From Alphaproteobacteria bacterium (lineage in GTDB: Bacteria > Pseudomonadota > Alphaproteobacteria > Micavibrionales > UBA1664), in contig JAGWXJ010000002.1 of the NCBI GenBank assembly GCA_018969935.1, positions 1 through 42,234 on the forward strand: a stretch of DNA of 42,234 bases, given 5' to 3'. This document shows, piece after piece, positions 24,418-35,456 of this stretch (position 1 is the first letter of the stretch; every line of letters starts with the position of its first letter). The notes beneath the pieces are model-generated. The model had not been told where the DNA came from and did not search any database. It saw only the letters and a list, made by a program, of their open reading frames with translations. The position numbers and the translations under genes were made by a program.

Positions 24418-25245
24418 TTAAGCTTTTTCAAGGCGTTTGAGGATGTCGGCGGCCTGCATCCCCGCTTCGCGCATGCTTTTTAAAGTCGCGGCTTTGTCGC
24501 GTTTGGCCAAGCGCCTGCCCGTATCATCAGTGAGAAGGTGATGATGTTTGAATACAGGCGGCGTGTGACCGAGCAAATGGAACAGGACGGTATGCAGCCC
24601 CGCAATCTCGGCCAGATCCTGCCCCCTGATGACGAGAGTTACGCCCTGATCGGCGTCATCCATGACGCAGGAGAGATGGTAACTTGTGCCGATATCCTTC
24701 CGGCCCAGGACAACATCGCCGTACAGGGCCGGATTTACGGGTACTGTTTTTATTGCGCCTTCAGCGGTTTCCTCAAGGTAGGTTAGGTTGCTTCCAGTTA
24801 TTGCGAGGGCGTTTTGCATGCACAGGCGCCATGCCCACGGCTCACCTGTGGCCATGCGTTCTTCTTCCTCGGATGCATCGAGCCTTGCGCCTATGAAGGC
24901 CACATGACTTGCGTGGGGGGCACTCATGGCTTCGCCGATATCCTTGCGGGTTTTGAAGCAGCGATAAACCAACCCCTGCTTTTCCCATGCAGCAAGCTGT
25001 GCGGCATAGATGCCCAGACGGTCCGATTGGCGGCGGACTGGTTTTTCCCATTCCAGCCCCAGCCATGCCAGATCTTCGTAAATCGCCGTTTCGAATTCCG
25101 GTTTGCAGCGCGTGTTGTCGATGTCCTCGATCCGCAGGAGGAAGCGGTTGCCGCGTTTGAAATTCAGCAATGCCGAATACGCATGCCCCAGATGCAGGTA
25201 GCCTGTGGGGGAGGGGGCGAAACGGGTGACCGTATTAGCGTTCAC
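24418..25245 (-). CDS. gluQ: Glutamyl-Q tRNA(Asp) synthetase
   Basis: [20 protein letters not shown], a truncated GluRS catalytic domain with no anticodon-binding domain (about 275 aa). The first in-frame start outside most of ftsK is GTG 25245, an 11-nt overlap. The track's longer ORF runs inside ftsK. Confidence 0.88.
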   Translation of the reverse strand: MNANTVTRFAPSPTGYLHLGHAYSALLNFKRGNRFLLRIEDIDNTRCKPEFETAIYEDLAWLGLEWEKPVRRQSDRLGIYAAQLAAWEKQGLVYRCFKTRKDIGEAMSAPHASHVAFIGARLDASEEEERMATGEPWAWRLCMQNALAITGSNLTYLEETAEGAIKTVPVNPALYGDVVLGRKDIGTSYHLSCVMDDADQGVTLVIRGQDLAEIAGLHTVLFHLLGHTPPVFKHHHLLTDDTGRRLAKRDKAATLKSMREAGMQAADILKRLEKA

Positions 25246-27673
25246 CGACCAGCACGTCGCGTTTGCCCACGTGGTTGGCGGGGGATACGACGCCCTGTTT
25301 TTCCATTTTTTCGATGAGCGTTGCCGCGCGGTTATAGCCGATTTGCAGGTGGCGCTGGAGGAAGCTGGTGGAAGCCTTGCCCTCGCGCGCGACCAGAGCC
25401 ACAGCCTGATCATAGAGATCATCGCCGCTGCCGGTGCCGCCGAACATGTCGCCCGTACCTTCTTCACCGCCTTCGTCATCGCCGCCCTGGGTGATGCTTT
25501 CGAGGTATTGGGGTTCGCCTTGCGCTTTCAGATGTTCGACAATCTCGCGGACTTCGTCATCGCTTACGAACGGGCCGTGGACGCGCTGGATTTTTCCGCC
25601 CGTTGCCATGTAAAGCATGTCGCCCATGCCGAGCAGCTGTTCGGCCCCGCCCTCGTTGAGGATGGTGCGGCTGTCGATTTTGGATGTGACCTGAAATGAA
25701 ATGCGCGTGGGGAAGTTGGCCTTGATGATACCCGTAATGACGTCCACCGACGGGCGCTGTGTTGCCATGATGAGGTGGATGCCTGCGGCACGTGCCATTT
25801 GCGCCAAGCGCTGGACTGCGTTTTCAACTTCCTTGCCGGCGACGAGCATGAGGTCGGCGAATTCGTCAACGACGACGACGATGAAGGGAAGCTCGATCAG
25901 TTCAATCGGCTGTTCCTCATAAACCGGTTTACCTGTTTCGGGGTCGAAGCCGGTCTGGATTTTTCTTGTCAGGACCTCGCCCTTTTGCTGCGCTTCACGG
26001 ATGCGGGCGTTATAGCCATCGATGTTACGGACGCCGAGTTTGGACATAGCGCGGTAGCGTTCTTCCATTTCATGGACGGTCCATTTCAGGGCGACGATGG
26101 CCTTGCCCGGTTCGGTTACCACGGGGCAGAGAAGATGCGGGATATCATCGTATATCGAGAGTTCCAGCATTTTGGGGTCGATCATGATGAAGCGGCATTG
26201 CTCGGGGCTCAGTTTGTAGAGCAGCGAGGTAATCATGGTGTTGACGGCTACGGATTTGCCCGAGCCGGTGGTGCCCGCCACGAGGAGGTGGGGCATTTTT
26301 GCCAGTTCGGCCACAACGGGTTCGCCACCGATGTCCTTGCCCAGAGCCAAAGGCAGGCGGTATGTCGAATTCGCGTAGGCTTCCGTCGAGAGAAGCGAGC
26401 GCATGTAAACCTTGCGGCGCTTTTTGTTCGGGATTTCGATACCGATGACGTTGCGACCCGGTACGACGGCTGCGCGGACAGATACGGCGGACATGGAGCG
26501 TGCGATGTCATCGGAGAGGCCAATCACGCGGGATGATTTTGTGCCGGGTGAGGGCTCGAGTTCGTAGAGTGTAACCACAGGGCCGGGGTTTATGCGTACG
26601 ATTTCGCCGCTGATGCCGTAATCATCGAGAACTTTTGAAAGCAGCTCGGCATTCTTTTTGAGCGCGCGTTCGTCGAGATCGTCGGATTCGTCCTCATCGG
26701 GGGCTTCTTGCAGGATTTCGATGTCGGGGAATTCCCAGTCGCTGTCATCGCTGCGGAGGGCAAGCGCGCTCTGATGCTGGGATTTTTCCTTCTTTTTAGG
26801 TTTATTGATGATGGCATCGTTGGAGGGGCGGACGGCGCGCAGCGTGGGCATATCGTCATCGCCGTCTTCTTCGCTTTCTTCGTCCGTGTCTTCTTCGGTG
26901 CTTTCAACCTTTGGGGTTTTGCGCATGCGCTCGGCCGTTGTGGCGCGGCGCGGTTTTTTGATTTCGGAGTCGTCTTCATCCGTGTTTTCAAACCAGCCGC
27001 GGGCATGTTGCCATGCATTTGCAATGCCCATGGCAGCGTATGCCGTACAGGACAGCGCCAAGCGGCCAATATCGCCCCAGCTGTAGGCAGGAAGGCCGAT
27101 AGACAGGGCGGCCAGTACCGTAGATGCCATGGCTGCCACAGCGGCTGTTGCCGTAAACGCGGCGCCGCCAATGGCACCCTGAAGCAGATTTGCGATGCCA
27201 GACAAAAGGCCGGTGCCAGTGACGCCGCCCAGATAGGCAAGTGGCGCCCACATTGCAGGGGCAGGGATGCGCGCCAGCGCAACGGATGCCAATACGGTTG
27301 CGCAAGCGAGCATAAGAACGCGCGCGCCCGTGCTGAAAACGGTTTCCGAACGGCGGAGGACCATGACGCCGCGCACAATGGCAACTGCGGCAGGGACAAT
27401 ACCCGCGAGCCCGATGGCCTGAATAACGGCGTCGGCCAAATAGGCGCCTGCAATGCCGCCCGTATTGAACGGAGCGCCCGCGTTTGTGTTGTTAAACGAC
27501 GGGTCGGACGGGGTGTAAGACAACAGCGAGGCAATCGTGAATGCGCCTGCGCCGCATAAAGTCAGGCCCCATGCATCCTGCATTCTTTCGTGGAAGAAGC
27601 GTGCGATCGTTTCGGGCACGATTCGCTGGCGGGTGGCGTTGCGGCGGTAGCCGGTTGAAGCGTAGCGTGACAT
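25235..27673 (-). CDS. ftsK: DNA translocase FtsK
   Basis: 812 aa. N-terminal TM helices, an acidic linker, a motor domain with [10 protein letters not shown] and VVVDEFADL, and a C-terminal gamma winged helix ([21 protein letters not shown]-like). Confidence 0.96.
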   Translation of the reverse strand: MSRYASTGYRRNATRQRIVPETIARFFHERMQDAWGLTLCGAGAFTIASLLSYTPSDPSFNNTNAGAPFNTGGIAGAYLADAVIQAIGLAGIVPAAVAIVRGVMVLRRSETVFSTGARVLMLACATVLASVALARIPAPAMWAPLAYLGGVTGTGLLSGIANLLQGAIGGAAFTATAAVAAMASTVLAALSIGLPAYSWGDIGRLALSCTAYAAMGIANAWQHARGWFENTDEDDSEIKKPRRATTAERMRKTPKVESTEEDTDEESEEDGDDDMPTLRAVRPSNDAIINKPKKKEKSQHQSALALRSDDSDWEFPDIEILQEAPDEDESDDLDERALKKNAELLSKVLDDYGISGEIVRINPGPVVTLYELEPSPGTKSSRVIGLSDDIARSMSAVSVRAAVVPGRNVIGIEIPNKKRRKVYMRSLLSTEAYANSTYRLPLALGKDIGGEPVVAELAKMPHLLVAGTTGSGKSVAVNTMITSLLYKLSPEQCRFIMIDPKMLELSIYDDIPHLLCPVVTEPGKAIVALKWTVHEMEERYRAMSKLGVRNIDGYNARIREAQQKGEVLTRKIQTGFDPETGKPVYEEQPIELIELPFIVVVVDEFADLMLVAGKEVENAVQRLAQMARAAGIHLIMATQRPSVDVITGIIKANFPTRISFQVTSKIDSRTILNEGGAEQLLGMGDMLYMATGGKIQRVHGPFVSDDEVREIVEHLKAQGEPQYLESITQGGDDEGGEEGTGDMFGGTGSGDDLYDQAVALVAREGKASTSFLQRHLQIGYNRAATLIEKMEKQGVVSPANHVGKRDVLVGER

Positions 27674-27764
27674 TTTACGTATTTCTTACCGTTGGAGGAG
27701 AATGCAGACCCGCAAATGATATGCGACTCATGGGGTGCGGGCAAGAAAATCGGATTCCGTAAAG

Positions 27765-27779
27765 TTAACGGTTTTTTAA
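27765..27779. promoter_or_regulatory. Perfect CtrA-type box TTAA-N7-TTAA (TTAACGGTTTTTTAAG)
   Basis: Read directly in the divergent ftsK / hypothetical-gene intergenic region, about 95 nt from the ftsK ATG. It matches the 5237 box at 14 of 16 positions. Confidence 0.45.
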
Positions 27780-27891
27780 GCATTCTTACGCAATGATGAA
27801 GATAAGAATCAGACGTGGGCCCGTTCGAGGAACACCGTTCAACAGGAAATATGGTTTCAATCCGGAGTCAACGAGTGCGCGAGGAGTACGC

Positions 27892-28209
27892 ATGACGGAA
27901 ATGCTTGTGCCATCCATCAATTCCTACTTTGCCATCTATACGGTAGAGGGGCCGGAGGATGCTGTTTCCAATGGCTATGGCAGGCGCGGCATGAATTGGG
28001 ATTTGCATGCAACGGCGACAGACAAAACCATGGCTATTTCCCATGCGCGGATGCTTGCGCTGCAACCCAACGTGCATGAAGTGCAGGTGAAACACGTTAC
28101 CGAAAACCTGCTTAGCGGTACTGTCAGCGTACGCGATATAAAACGCTGCAAGCGCGGGGGTTTTGGCGCCCCTGTACGTCAGTTTTTGGAAGCGGTTTTC
28201 TTGCGGTAG
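27892..28209 (+). CDS. Hypothetical 105-aa protein
   Basis: ATG 27892 has a GAGGAG SD 5 nt upstream. No family recognised. The 3' end overlaps the convergent pheA by 31 nt. Confidence 0.5.
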   Translation: MTEMLVPSINSYFAIYTVEGPEDAVSNGYGRRGMNWDLHATATDKTMAISHARMLALQPNVHEVQVKHVTENLLSGTVSVRDIKRCKRGGFGAPVRQFLEAVFLR

Positions 28210-29054
28210 GCATGCATGGGAAAGGTGCCTAGCACCTTGATGCCGTTGGCATAGAATTCCAGTTCCTCGAATGCCAAGTGCATAGATTTATCATCGGGGT
28301 GGCCTTCGACCTCGCAGTAGAATTCGGCTGCTGCAAAACCCTCGCCCAAATACGATTCGATTTTCGTCATGTTGATGCCGTTGGTGGCAAAACCGCCAAG
28401 CGACTTGTATAGCGCTGCCGGAATGTTGCGAACGCCGAAGGCAAAGCTTGTCATGACCTTTTCGCCAACCTTGGGAACGATGTGGGCTTTGGAGAGGATG
28501 ACGAAGCGGGTCACGTTGTCATCCCTGTCCTGCATATCCCGTTTCAGGATCTGGAGGCCGTATATCTCGGCGGCCAGTTCGGATGCGATGGCGGCTTCGG
28601 TCGGGTTACCATCGTGTGCAACCTTGGCGGCGGCGCCCGCCGTGTCCTCGTGGACGACAGGGTGCAATTTCAGCTCACGGATGGACTTGCGGCATTGGGG
28701 CAGGGCCATGACATGGCTGTGTACGCGTTTTAACTGGCTGATTTTGCTACCTTTAATGCCGAGCAGGCAATGCCTGATGGGCTGAAAATGCTCGCCGACT
28801 ATATGCAGGCCGCTTGCCGGCATGAGGTGGTGTACGTCAGCCACGCGGCCAGCCAGCGAGTTTTCAATGGGGATCATCGCCAGATCGGCCGTGCCTTTGG
28901 AGACGGCCGCGAATGCGTCCTCAAACGAAGAGCAGGGCATGGTTTCCGCCTTCGGGAAGACGGCGCGGCAGGAAAGGTCGGAGTAGGCCCCAGGGGCGCC
29001 TTGAAAGGCGATACGTTTCGGGTCTGGGATACGGGATTGTTTGACTGAGGTCAT
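28179..29054 (-). CDS. pheA: Prephenate dehydratase
   Basis: IAFQGAPGAYSD, NVTRFVILS and a C-terminal ACT domain. I prefer ATG 29054 (MTSVKQSRI..). Confidence 0.9.
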   Translation of the reverse strand: MTSVKQSRIPDPKRIAFQGAPGAYSDLSCRAVFPKAETMPCSSFEDAFAAVSKGTADLAMIPIENSLAGRVADVHHLMPASGLHIVGEHFQPIRHCLLGIKGSKISQLKRVHSHVMALPQCRKSIRELKLHPVVHEDTAGAAAKVAHDGNPTEAAIASELAAEIYGLQILKRDMQDRDDNVTRFVILSKAHIVPKVGEKVMTSFAFGVRNIPAALYKSLGGFATNGINMTKIESYLGEGFAAAEFYCEVEGHPDDKSMHLAFEELEFYANGIKVLGTFPMHAYRKKTASKN

Positions 29055-29161
29055 TTTCAAAACCTGTTTACATGGTAATCTCTTGTCTGCCATAAACGGG
29101 GCGTTTCTTCGATGGAAAAGTTCCATCGACCCCTAAATTTTGACAGGAAGTAAAGGTTACC

Positions 29162-29905
29162 ATGGAATTCAACAAGATATTCGGCGCAATTCTGGTTGCT
29201 GGCATCACGGCCATGCTTGCCGGTTTTATCGCGCGCAACGTGATCCATGTCGAGGATCCGGAAGTCAACGCATTCAAGATTGCCGTGGCTGAAGCTGCCG
29301 AGGGCGGCGCTGCCGCGGCCGAGCCGGTGGCCGAGCCCATTCTTGCCATGCTGGCCACGGCCGATGTGGCCAAGGGCCAGAGCACTGCCAAGGTTTGCGG
29401 CGCCTGCCACACCTTCAATAAAGGCGAGCCTGCCCGCGTAGGCCCGAACCTTTATGGCATCATCAATAACAAACACGCGCACATGGAAGGCTTTGCCTAT
29501 TCCGATGCCATGAAGGCCCTTCATGATAAAGAATGGACCTACAGCGAGCTTAACCATTTCCTCTGGAACCCCAAAAAGCACATCAACGGCACAAAAATGG
29601 TTTTTGCAGGTATCAAGAAGCCTGAAGACCGCGCCAACGTAATCGCCTATCTGCGTACGCTGGCCGATAGCCCCGCCGCCCTGCCTACGGAAGCCGATAT
29701 TGCTGCCGAAGCCCCTAAAGCCGAAGAGCCGAAGGCCGAGGAGGGCAAAGAGGGTGAAGCCAAGGAAGAAGGCAAAGCCGAAGGCGATGCCGCTGCTGCC
29801 GAGGCCCCTAAAGCCGAAGAAGGCAAGGACGAAGCAAAAGCTGATGCCAAGGCAGGGGATGCGCCTGCCGTGGAGGAAGCCAAGCCTGAAGCGAAAAAAG
29901 AATAA
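29162..29905 (+). CDS. Membrane-anchored class I c-type cytochrome (CycM / c_y-like) with a long Ala/Glu/Lys/Pro-rich C-terminal tail
   Basis: N-terminal TM helix IFGAILVAGITAMLAGFI, haem motif CGACH, and distal Met region GTKMVFAGI. A C-terminal low-complexity tail of about 70 aa. Confidence 0.87.
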   Translation: MEFNKIFGAILVAGITAMLAGFIARNVIHVEDPEVNAFKIAVAEAAEGGAAAAEPVAEPILAMLATADVAKGQSTAKVCGACHTFNKGEPARVGPNLYGIINNKHAHMEGFAYSDAMKALHDKEWTYSELNHFLWNPKKHINGTKMVFAGIKKPEDRANVIAYLRTLADSPAALPTEADIAAEAPKAEEPKAEEGKEGEAKEEGKAEGDAAAAEAPKAEEGKDEAKADAKAGDAPAVEEAKPEAKKE

Positions 29906-29911
29906 TCCAGA

Positions 29912-32003
<2,092 letters not shown>

Positions 32004-32045
32004 ATCGGGTGGTGACAATGGCGCCAGCCGCGCTATCTTAGCGCC

Positions 32046-32837
32046 ATGACAACCGTGACCAAGCCGCAGGCTTTTCCACTTTTTGAATCCTTTGCGGGCG
32101 GATTTCGTATTTTCGGGCAATACTGGCCGCTTATCATGCGGCTTTCGTTTTTGCCGTTTGCGGTGACACTGCTCACGTTTGTGGGGCTGCGCCTGTTTCA
32201 GGAGAATATTTCGCTGTTCCTTTTGCCCGTGGTGCAAATACCATCCAGCTTTGTAATCGGCATTCTGTGTGCGCTTTTGTTGCGCAACCTGCTTTTAAAC
32301 GAGCATCCGCTGGCCGTAGAAGGGGCTGACAAGGCCTTGCGCAACCGCAGCATTATGGAGGCAGCGGTTGCCAATACTGCGGTGACCTACTTTTTCACGG
32401 GCATTTATGCAGGCCTTTTGAGGATGCAGGCCTTCATCGAGAAAAATCCTGATGCCGCTGCGCCCTATATGCCCATAGGCGTGCTAGCCATGGCGCTATT
32501 GTTGTGGGGGGCGCGATGGTTCTGGCTGCATGTGCCGCTGGCGCTTGACTGGCCCATCCGCGCATTTTACGAGCGCGTGGGCAGATGGGGCGGGAGCCTC
32601 AGGATATTTGCGCTCTTTGGCATGTGCTCGCTTTGCGTGAACTTCCTTGCCGGTGTCGTGCGCACGATTTTCAAGGCGGCCTTTGCCGCCGTGAATACGG
32701 GATTTGCCGCCGCGCTTGACGATGCCGTACTTGCGGCGGCGGCCCTGCTACTGAACCTGCTGTTTACCACTGCCAGCGTTGCAGCCATCCGCAACATGGC
32801 CGGAGAGAAGAAGAAAAATGAAAGTCATAGCGACTGA
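32046..32837 (+). CDS. Hypothetical polytopic membrane protein
   Basis: 263 aa with about 5-6 hydrophobic helices. No family recognised. The 3' end overlaps the ferredoxin start by 20 nt. Confidence 0.65.
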   Translation: MTTVTKPQAFPLFESFAGGFRIFGQYWPLIMRLSFLPFAVTLLTFVGLRLFQENISLFLLPVVQIPSSFVIGILCALLLRNLLLNEHPLAVEGADKALRNRSIMEAAVANTAVTYFFTGIYAGLLRMQAFIEKNPDAAAPYMPIGVLAMALLLWGARWFWLHVPLALDWPIRAFYERVGRWGGSLRIFALFGMCSLCVNFLAGVVRTIFKAAFAAVNTGFAAALDDAVLAAAALLLNLLFTTASVAAIRNMAGEKKKNESHSD

Positions 32838-33135
32838 CCAAAACGGCGTGCGCCACGAACTGGAAGCCATTGAAGGCTGGCGCATCATGGAAATCCTGCG
32901 CGATTACGGTTTGCCCATCAAGGCGGAGTGCGGCGGTTGCTGCTGCTGCGCCACGTGCCATGTGTATGTTGATGAAAAGTGGATCCCAAAACTCTATCCT
33001 CCAAAGCCCGAGGAAGAAGACCTGCTGGCCGATGCCGTGGATACCAAGCCGAATTCACGCCTATCGTGCCAGTTGCTGATGAGTGCGGAACTAGACGGGA
33101 TTGAAGTGACGCTGGCCGAAAGCGCGCGCCCTTAA
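32818..33135 (+). CDS. Adrenodoxin/putidaredoxin-type [2Fe-2S] ferredoxin
   Basis: 105 aa. Cluster ligand pattern C-X5-C-X2-C...C (ECGGCCCCATCH ... SRLSCQ). Confidence 0.9.
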   Translation: MKVIATDQNGVRHELEAIEGWRIMEILRDYGLPIKAECGGCCCCATCHVYVDEKWIPKLYPPKPEEEDLLADAVDTKPNSRLSCQLLMSAELDGIEVTLAESARP

Positions 33136-33148
33136 GCTGTAAACGCAG

Positions 33149-33667
33149 TTATTTTACGTTGCAGGCCTTGTTGATGGCTTCGTGCGCGCCGCCCGTACCT
33201 TTGAGCGAGAAGTTGTCGACCGTTTGGGTGCCGCGCACCGATTCACCCTTCACCACCATTTTCGAGCCCTTGCGCAGGGATTCAGTGATTTTGTTGTCGG
33301 TTTCAGCATCCTTGGCCCACGCCATGTCCTTGTTGGTGAACAGGGTGAAGGTTTGTTTGTCGTCAAATGTAACCGTTACGTCGGAACCCGGTTTGTAGGT
33401 ATAGCCTGCAATGAAGCTGAAAACGTTTTTGGTGTTCTCGGACGGGCGGTGCGTGACAAGCGCGAAAACCTGATCGCGTTTTTTGTAATTGCCTTCCGAC
33501 TTTTTGGGCGTGCTTGCCATGTAGCAAACCGTGCCGCCGTTTTCCTTGAAGGAGTAGGCCGTCCAGTCATTGTGGGTGGACAGGAGCTTGGGCTCATCGG
33601 CGAGCGCGGGTGCGCAGGCAAGGAAAAGGCCAAGGGCAAGAAGACGGGCAAAACGGTTGAGCGACAT
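33149..33667 (-). CDS. Invasion-associated locus B (IalB) family periplasmic protein
   Basis: Signal peptide LALGLFLACAPALA. HNDWTAYSFKENGGTVCYMAS is a typical IalB opening. I prefer ATG 33667. Confidence 0.8.
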   Translation of the reverse strand: MSLNRFARLLALGLFLACAPALADEPKLLSTHNDWTAYSFKENGGTVCYMASTPKKSEGNYKKRDQVFALVTHRPSENTKNVFSFIAGYTYKPGSDVTVTFDDKQTFTLFTNKDMAWAKDAETDNKITESLRKGSKMVVKGESVRGTQTVDNFSLKGTGGAHEAINKACNVK

Positions 33668-33767
33668 TTGTTTATCCTTGTATTCAGTCACGAGGCGGCA
33701 GGGTAAAAAAATCCTCGGGCGAAGGCAAGTAACCGTTTTGGTATTATGTAATCAATTGCCTGTTTTG

Positions 33768-34865
33768 TTAAGGTTTTGTTGGGGCAAAACCTTGTGTTTG
33801 TGCCGTAATTTGCAAATACGGCTTTGCTTCGGCGTAAGCATCTTTTCCATGGATAAGGGTGCCGGTTTCGAGGATGAGGTAGGCATCGGCCATCTGGAAC
33901 TGCGGTTGCGCATCGGATTGGCTTGAAACGAGATAGGCATCGCGGTTGACGCACAGCGTGATGCGTTTGACCTTGCCTGCCAGATGCTCGCTTAAATCAT
34001 CCTTGTTCCGACCGTGTTCCTCGCCGTAAAGGACGATGGTGCGGCGATTGCCCGTGCGCGTGTTGATGGTGCGGGCCAAGACCTTGTCATGTTCCAATCT
34101 TTTTCCGGCGGCTCTTTCAAACAGCCTGATGGCGGGGTGACGCGCCGCCTTTAATTCGGCGTAGGCGGAATAGCGGCGCTGGACTTCCGTGCGGACATAT
34201 TCATCACGTACGCTCTGTGAAAAATTGCCTGCGGTGTTCACGATGACGTTGCGAGCGTAAAGGGCGCTCAAACCCTCGGTTTTGGTGCGATGGCCAATAA
34301 TTCTGGCGCCGATTGATTCCTGAAGGCCATTCAACTGGTCGGAATCCAGAACGTGGTCACGCAAGGTTGGCGATTCACTTTCAACAAAATGTACTGTGGC
34401 ACCGGATGCGTGAAGGGCCTCGACCGTACGGCCACGGTTCAGGTAACGGTCAGCACTCTCGCCAGCGCCACTGATACGGGTTGCCAGATAACGTTCCCGC
34501 ATACGTTGTGCAAATTCACCGGCGGGTAGTTTTGCGTCAACGAGATCCTGAAACGATGAATGGATCTCGAAAGCGAAATCCTGAAAGCCGTATCTTTGCG
34601 CAACACTCCGAAACGTGTTGGATGCCATGAAGGCCAAATAAAAATCGGCGTGATCATGGGAGTGCTGGGAAAGGATAAGTTTGTCGGGTGTATCCGTGCC
34701 CAGAAACGCATCAAGGGATGCGGCTGCCTTTGAATAATCGAAATCGGCGGGCAATTCGGCCTTGTTTAAATCGGGCGGGAGGATGCTTCTGACCAACCCC
34801 ACAAGCGTGAGGGCGCCTGCGCCAGTGCCGGCAAGTGTCAGGAATGTGCGGCGGTTCATCGACAT
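33768..34865 (-). CDS. Tat-signal hypothetical exported protein
   Basis: 365 aa with an N-terminal twin-arginine motif NRRTFLTLAGTGAGAL. No family recognised with confidence. Confidence 0.7.
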   Translation of the reverse strand: MSMNRRTFLTLAGTGAGALTLVGLVRSILPPDLNKAELPADFDYSKAAASLDAFLGTDTPDKLILSQHSHDHADFYLAFMASNTFRSVAQRYGFQDFAFEIHSSFQDLVDAKLPAGEFAQRMRERYLATRISGAGESADRYLNRGRTVEALHASGATVHFVESESPTLRDHVLDSDQLNGLQESIGARIIGHRTKTEGLSALYARNVIVNTAGNFSQSVRDEYVRTEVQRRYSAYAELKAARHPAIRLFERAAGKRLEHDKVLARTINTRTGNRRTIVLYGEEHGRNKDDLSEHLAGKVKRITLCVNRDAYLVSSQSDAQPQFQMADAYLILETGTLIHGKDAYAEAKPYLQITAQTQGFAPTKP

Positions 34866-34901
34866 ACCGTCAATTTTTACCGATAAGGCATCAAAAATGC
34901 C

Positions 34902-35456
34902 TTAATTTTTGTCGGTTTTCTTGCGGGTCAGGCGCCTGTGGGAGGCAAAAGGCTGCATTTCCAGTTCTTCGGTCGGGCCGCCGGGGCGTGCGGCACGTGG
35001 GGCGTGGCGGCCCATGGATACCAGACGGTCGTACATCACAAGGGCGCCAGCCACCCCGACATTGATGCAGAACTTCATGGGGATTTTGACGATGTGGTGG
35101 CACAGCGCCTGCATCTCGGGGCTGAGGCTGCCCATTTCCGGCCCCAGCACATAGGCGGCCTGCATCGGGTGGTGGAAGCTTGGCAGGTCCACGGCATCGG
35201 GCAGGAATTCAACGCCTACCAACTGGCAGCCTTTTGGCAGCATCAGCTTGCCCGTGCTTTCGTAGTTGTAGAAGGGCATGTGACCAGCGGATGCGGCGGT
35301 ATCGGAGATACGGACCTCGCGCATGTTGACGTTGGGGGCCACCGTGAAAAAGAACGACGCGCCAAATGCGTGGGCCGAACGAACGAGATTGCCCAGATTG
35401 GCTTCCTTGGAAATGCCCTCGCAACCAAGGCCGAAATAACCGCGCATGTTTGTCAT
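34902..35456 (-). CDS. SpoU/TrmH-family RNA 2'-O-methyltransferase
   Basis: NLGNLVRSAHAFGA, YVLGPEMGSLS and IPM..CINVGVAGALVMY are SPOUT motifs. The start overlaps the dnaB stop (TGATG). Confidence 0.85.
   Translation of the reverse strand: MTNMRGYFGLGCEGISKEANLGNLVRSAHAFGASFFFTVAPNVNMREVRISDTAASAGHMPFYNYESTGKLMLPKGCQLVGVEFLPDAVDLPSFHHPMQAAYVLGPEMGSLSPEMQALCHHIVKIPMKFCINVGVAGALVMYDRLVSMGRHAPRAARPGGPTEELEMQPFASHRRLTRKKTDKN

Noticed and set aside
25246-25479. N-terminal 78 codons of the track ORF 24418-25479 ([16 protein letters not shown]...).
   Set aside because: This part lies inside the 3' end of ftsK and has no GluRS similarity. Homology starts at ..[10 protein letters not shown], and an in-frame GTG at 25245 gives a normal-length GluQ-RS.
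26590-27559. Two long ORFs within ftsK: 314 aa on the minus strand in another frame, and 283 aa on the plus strand.
   Set aside because: Both lie inside the FtsK N-terminal and linker coding region. Their translations are Pro/Arg/Ala-rich nonsense, and the FtsK frame is unambiguous.
29550-29557. TTAACCAT (CtrA 9-mer-type motif) inside the cytochrome c gene.
   Set aside because: It is a single 8-mer within coding sequence. It is not paired with a second half-site and is easily explained by chance.
33762-33776. Near-CtrA box TTAAGGTTTTGTTGG at the end of the Tat-protein gene. A similar case is TTAAGCTTTTTCAAG at 24417-24431.
   Set aside because: The second half-site is imperfect (TTGG and CAAG). 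I kept only exact TTAA-N7-TTAA matches to avoid inflating the motif count.
34885-34903. 7-bp hairpin AAGGCAT-caaaa-ATGCCTT overlapping the TrmH-family gene stop, considered as a possible terminator.
   Set aside because: In the direction of transcription (minus strand) it is not followed by a U tract. The T run is on the wrong strand, where no gene ends. The stem is short and AT-rich.
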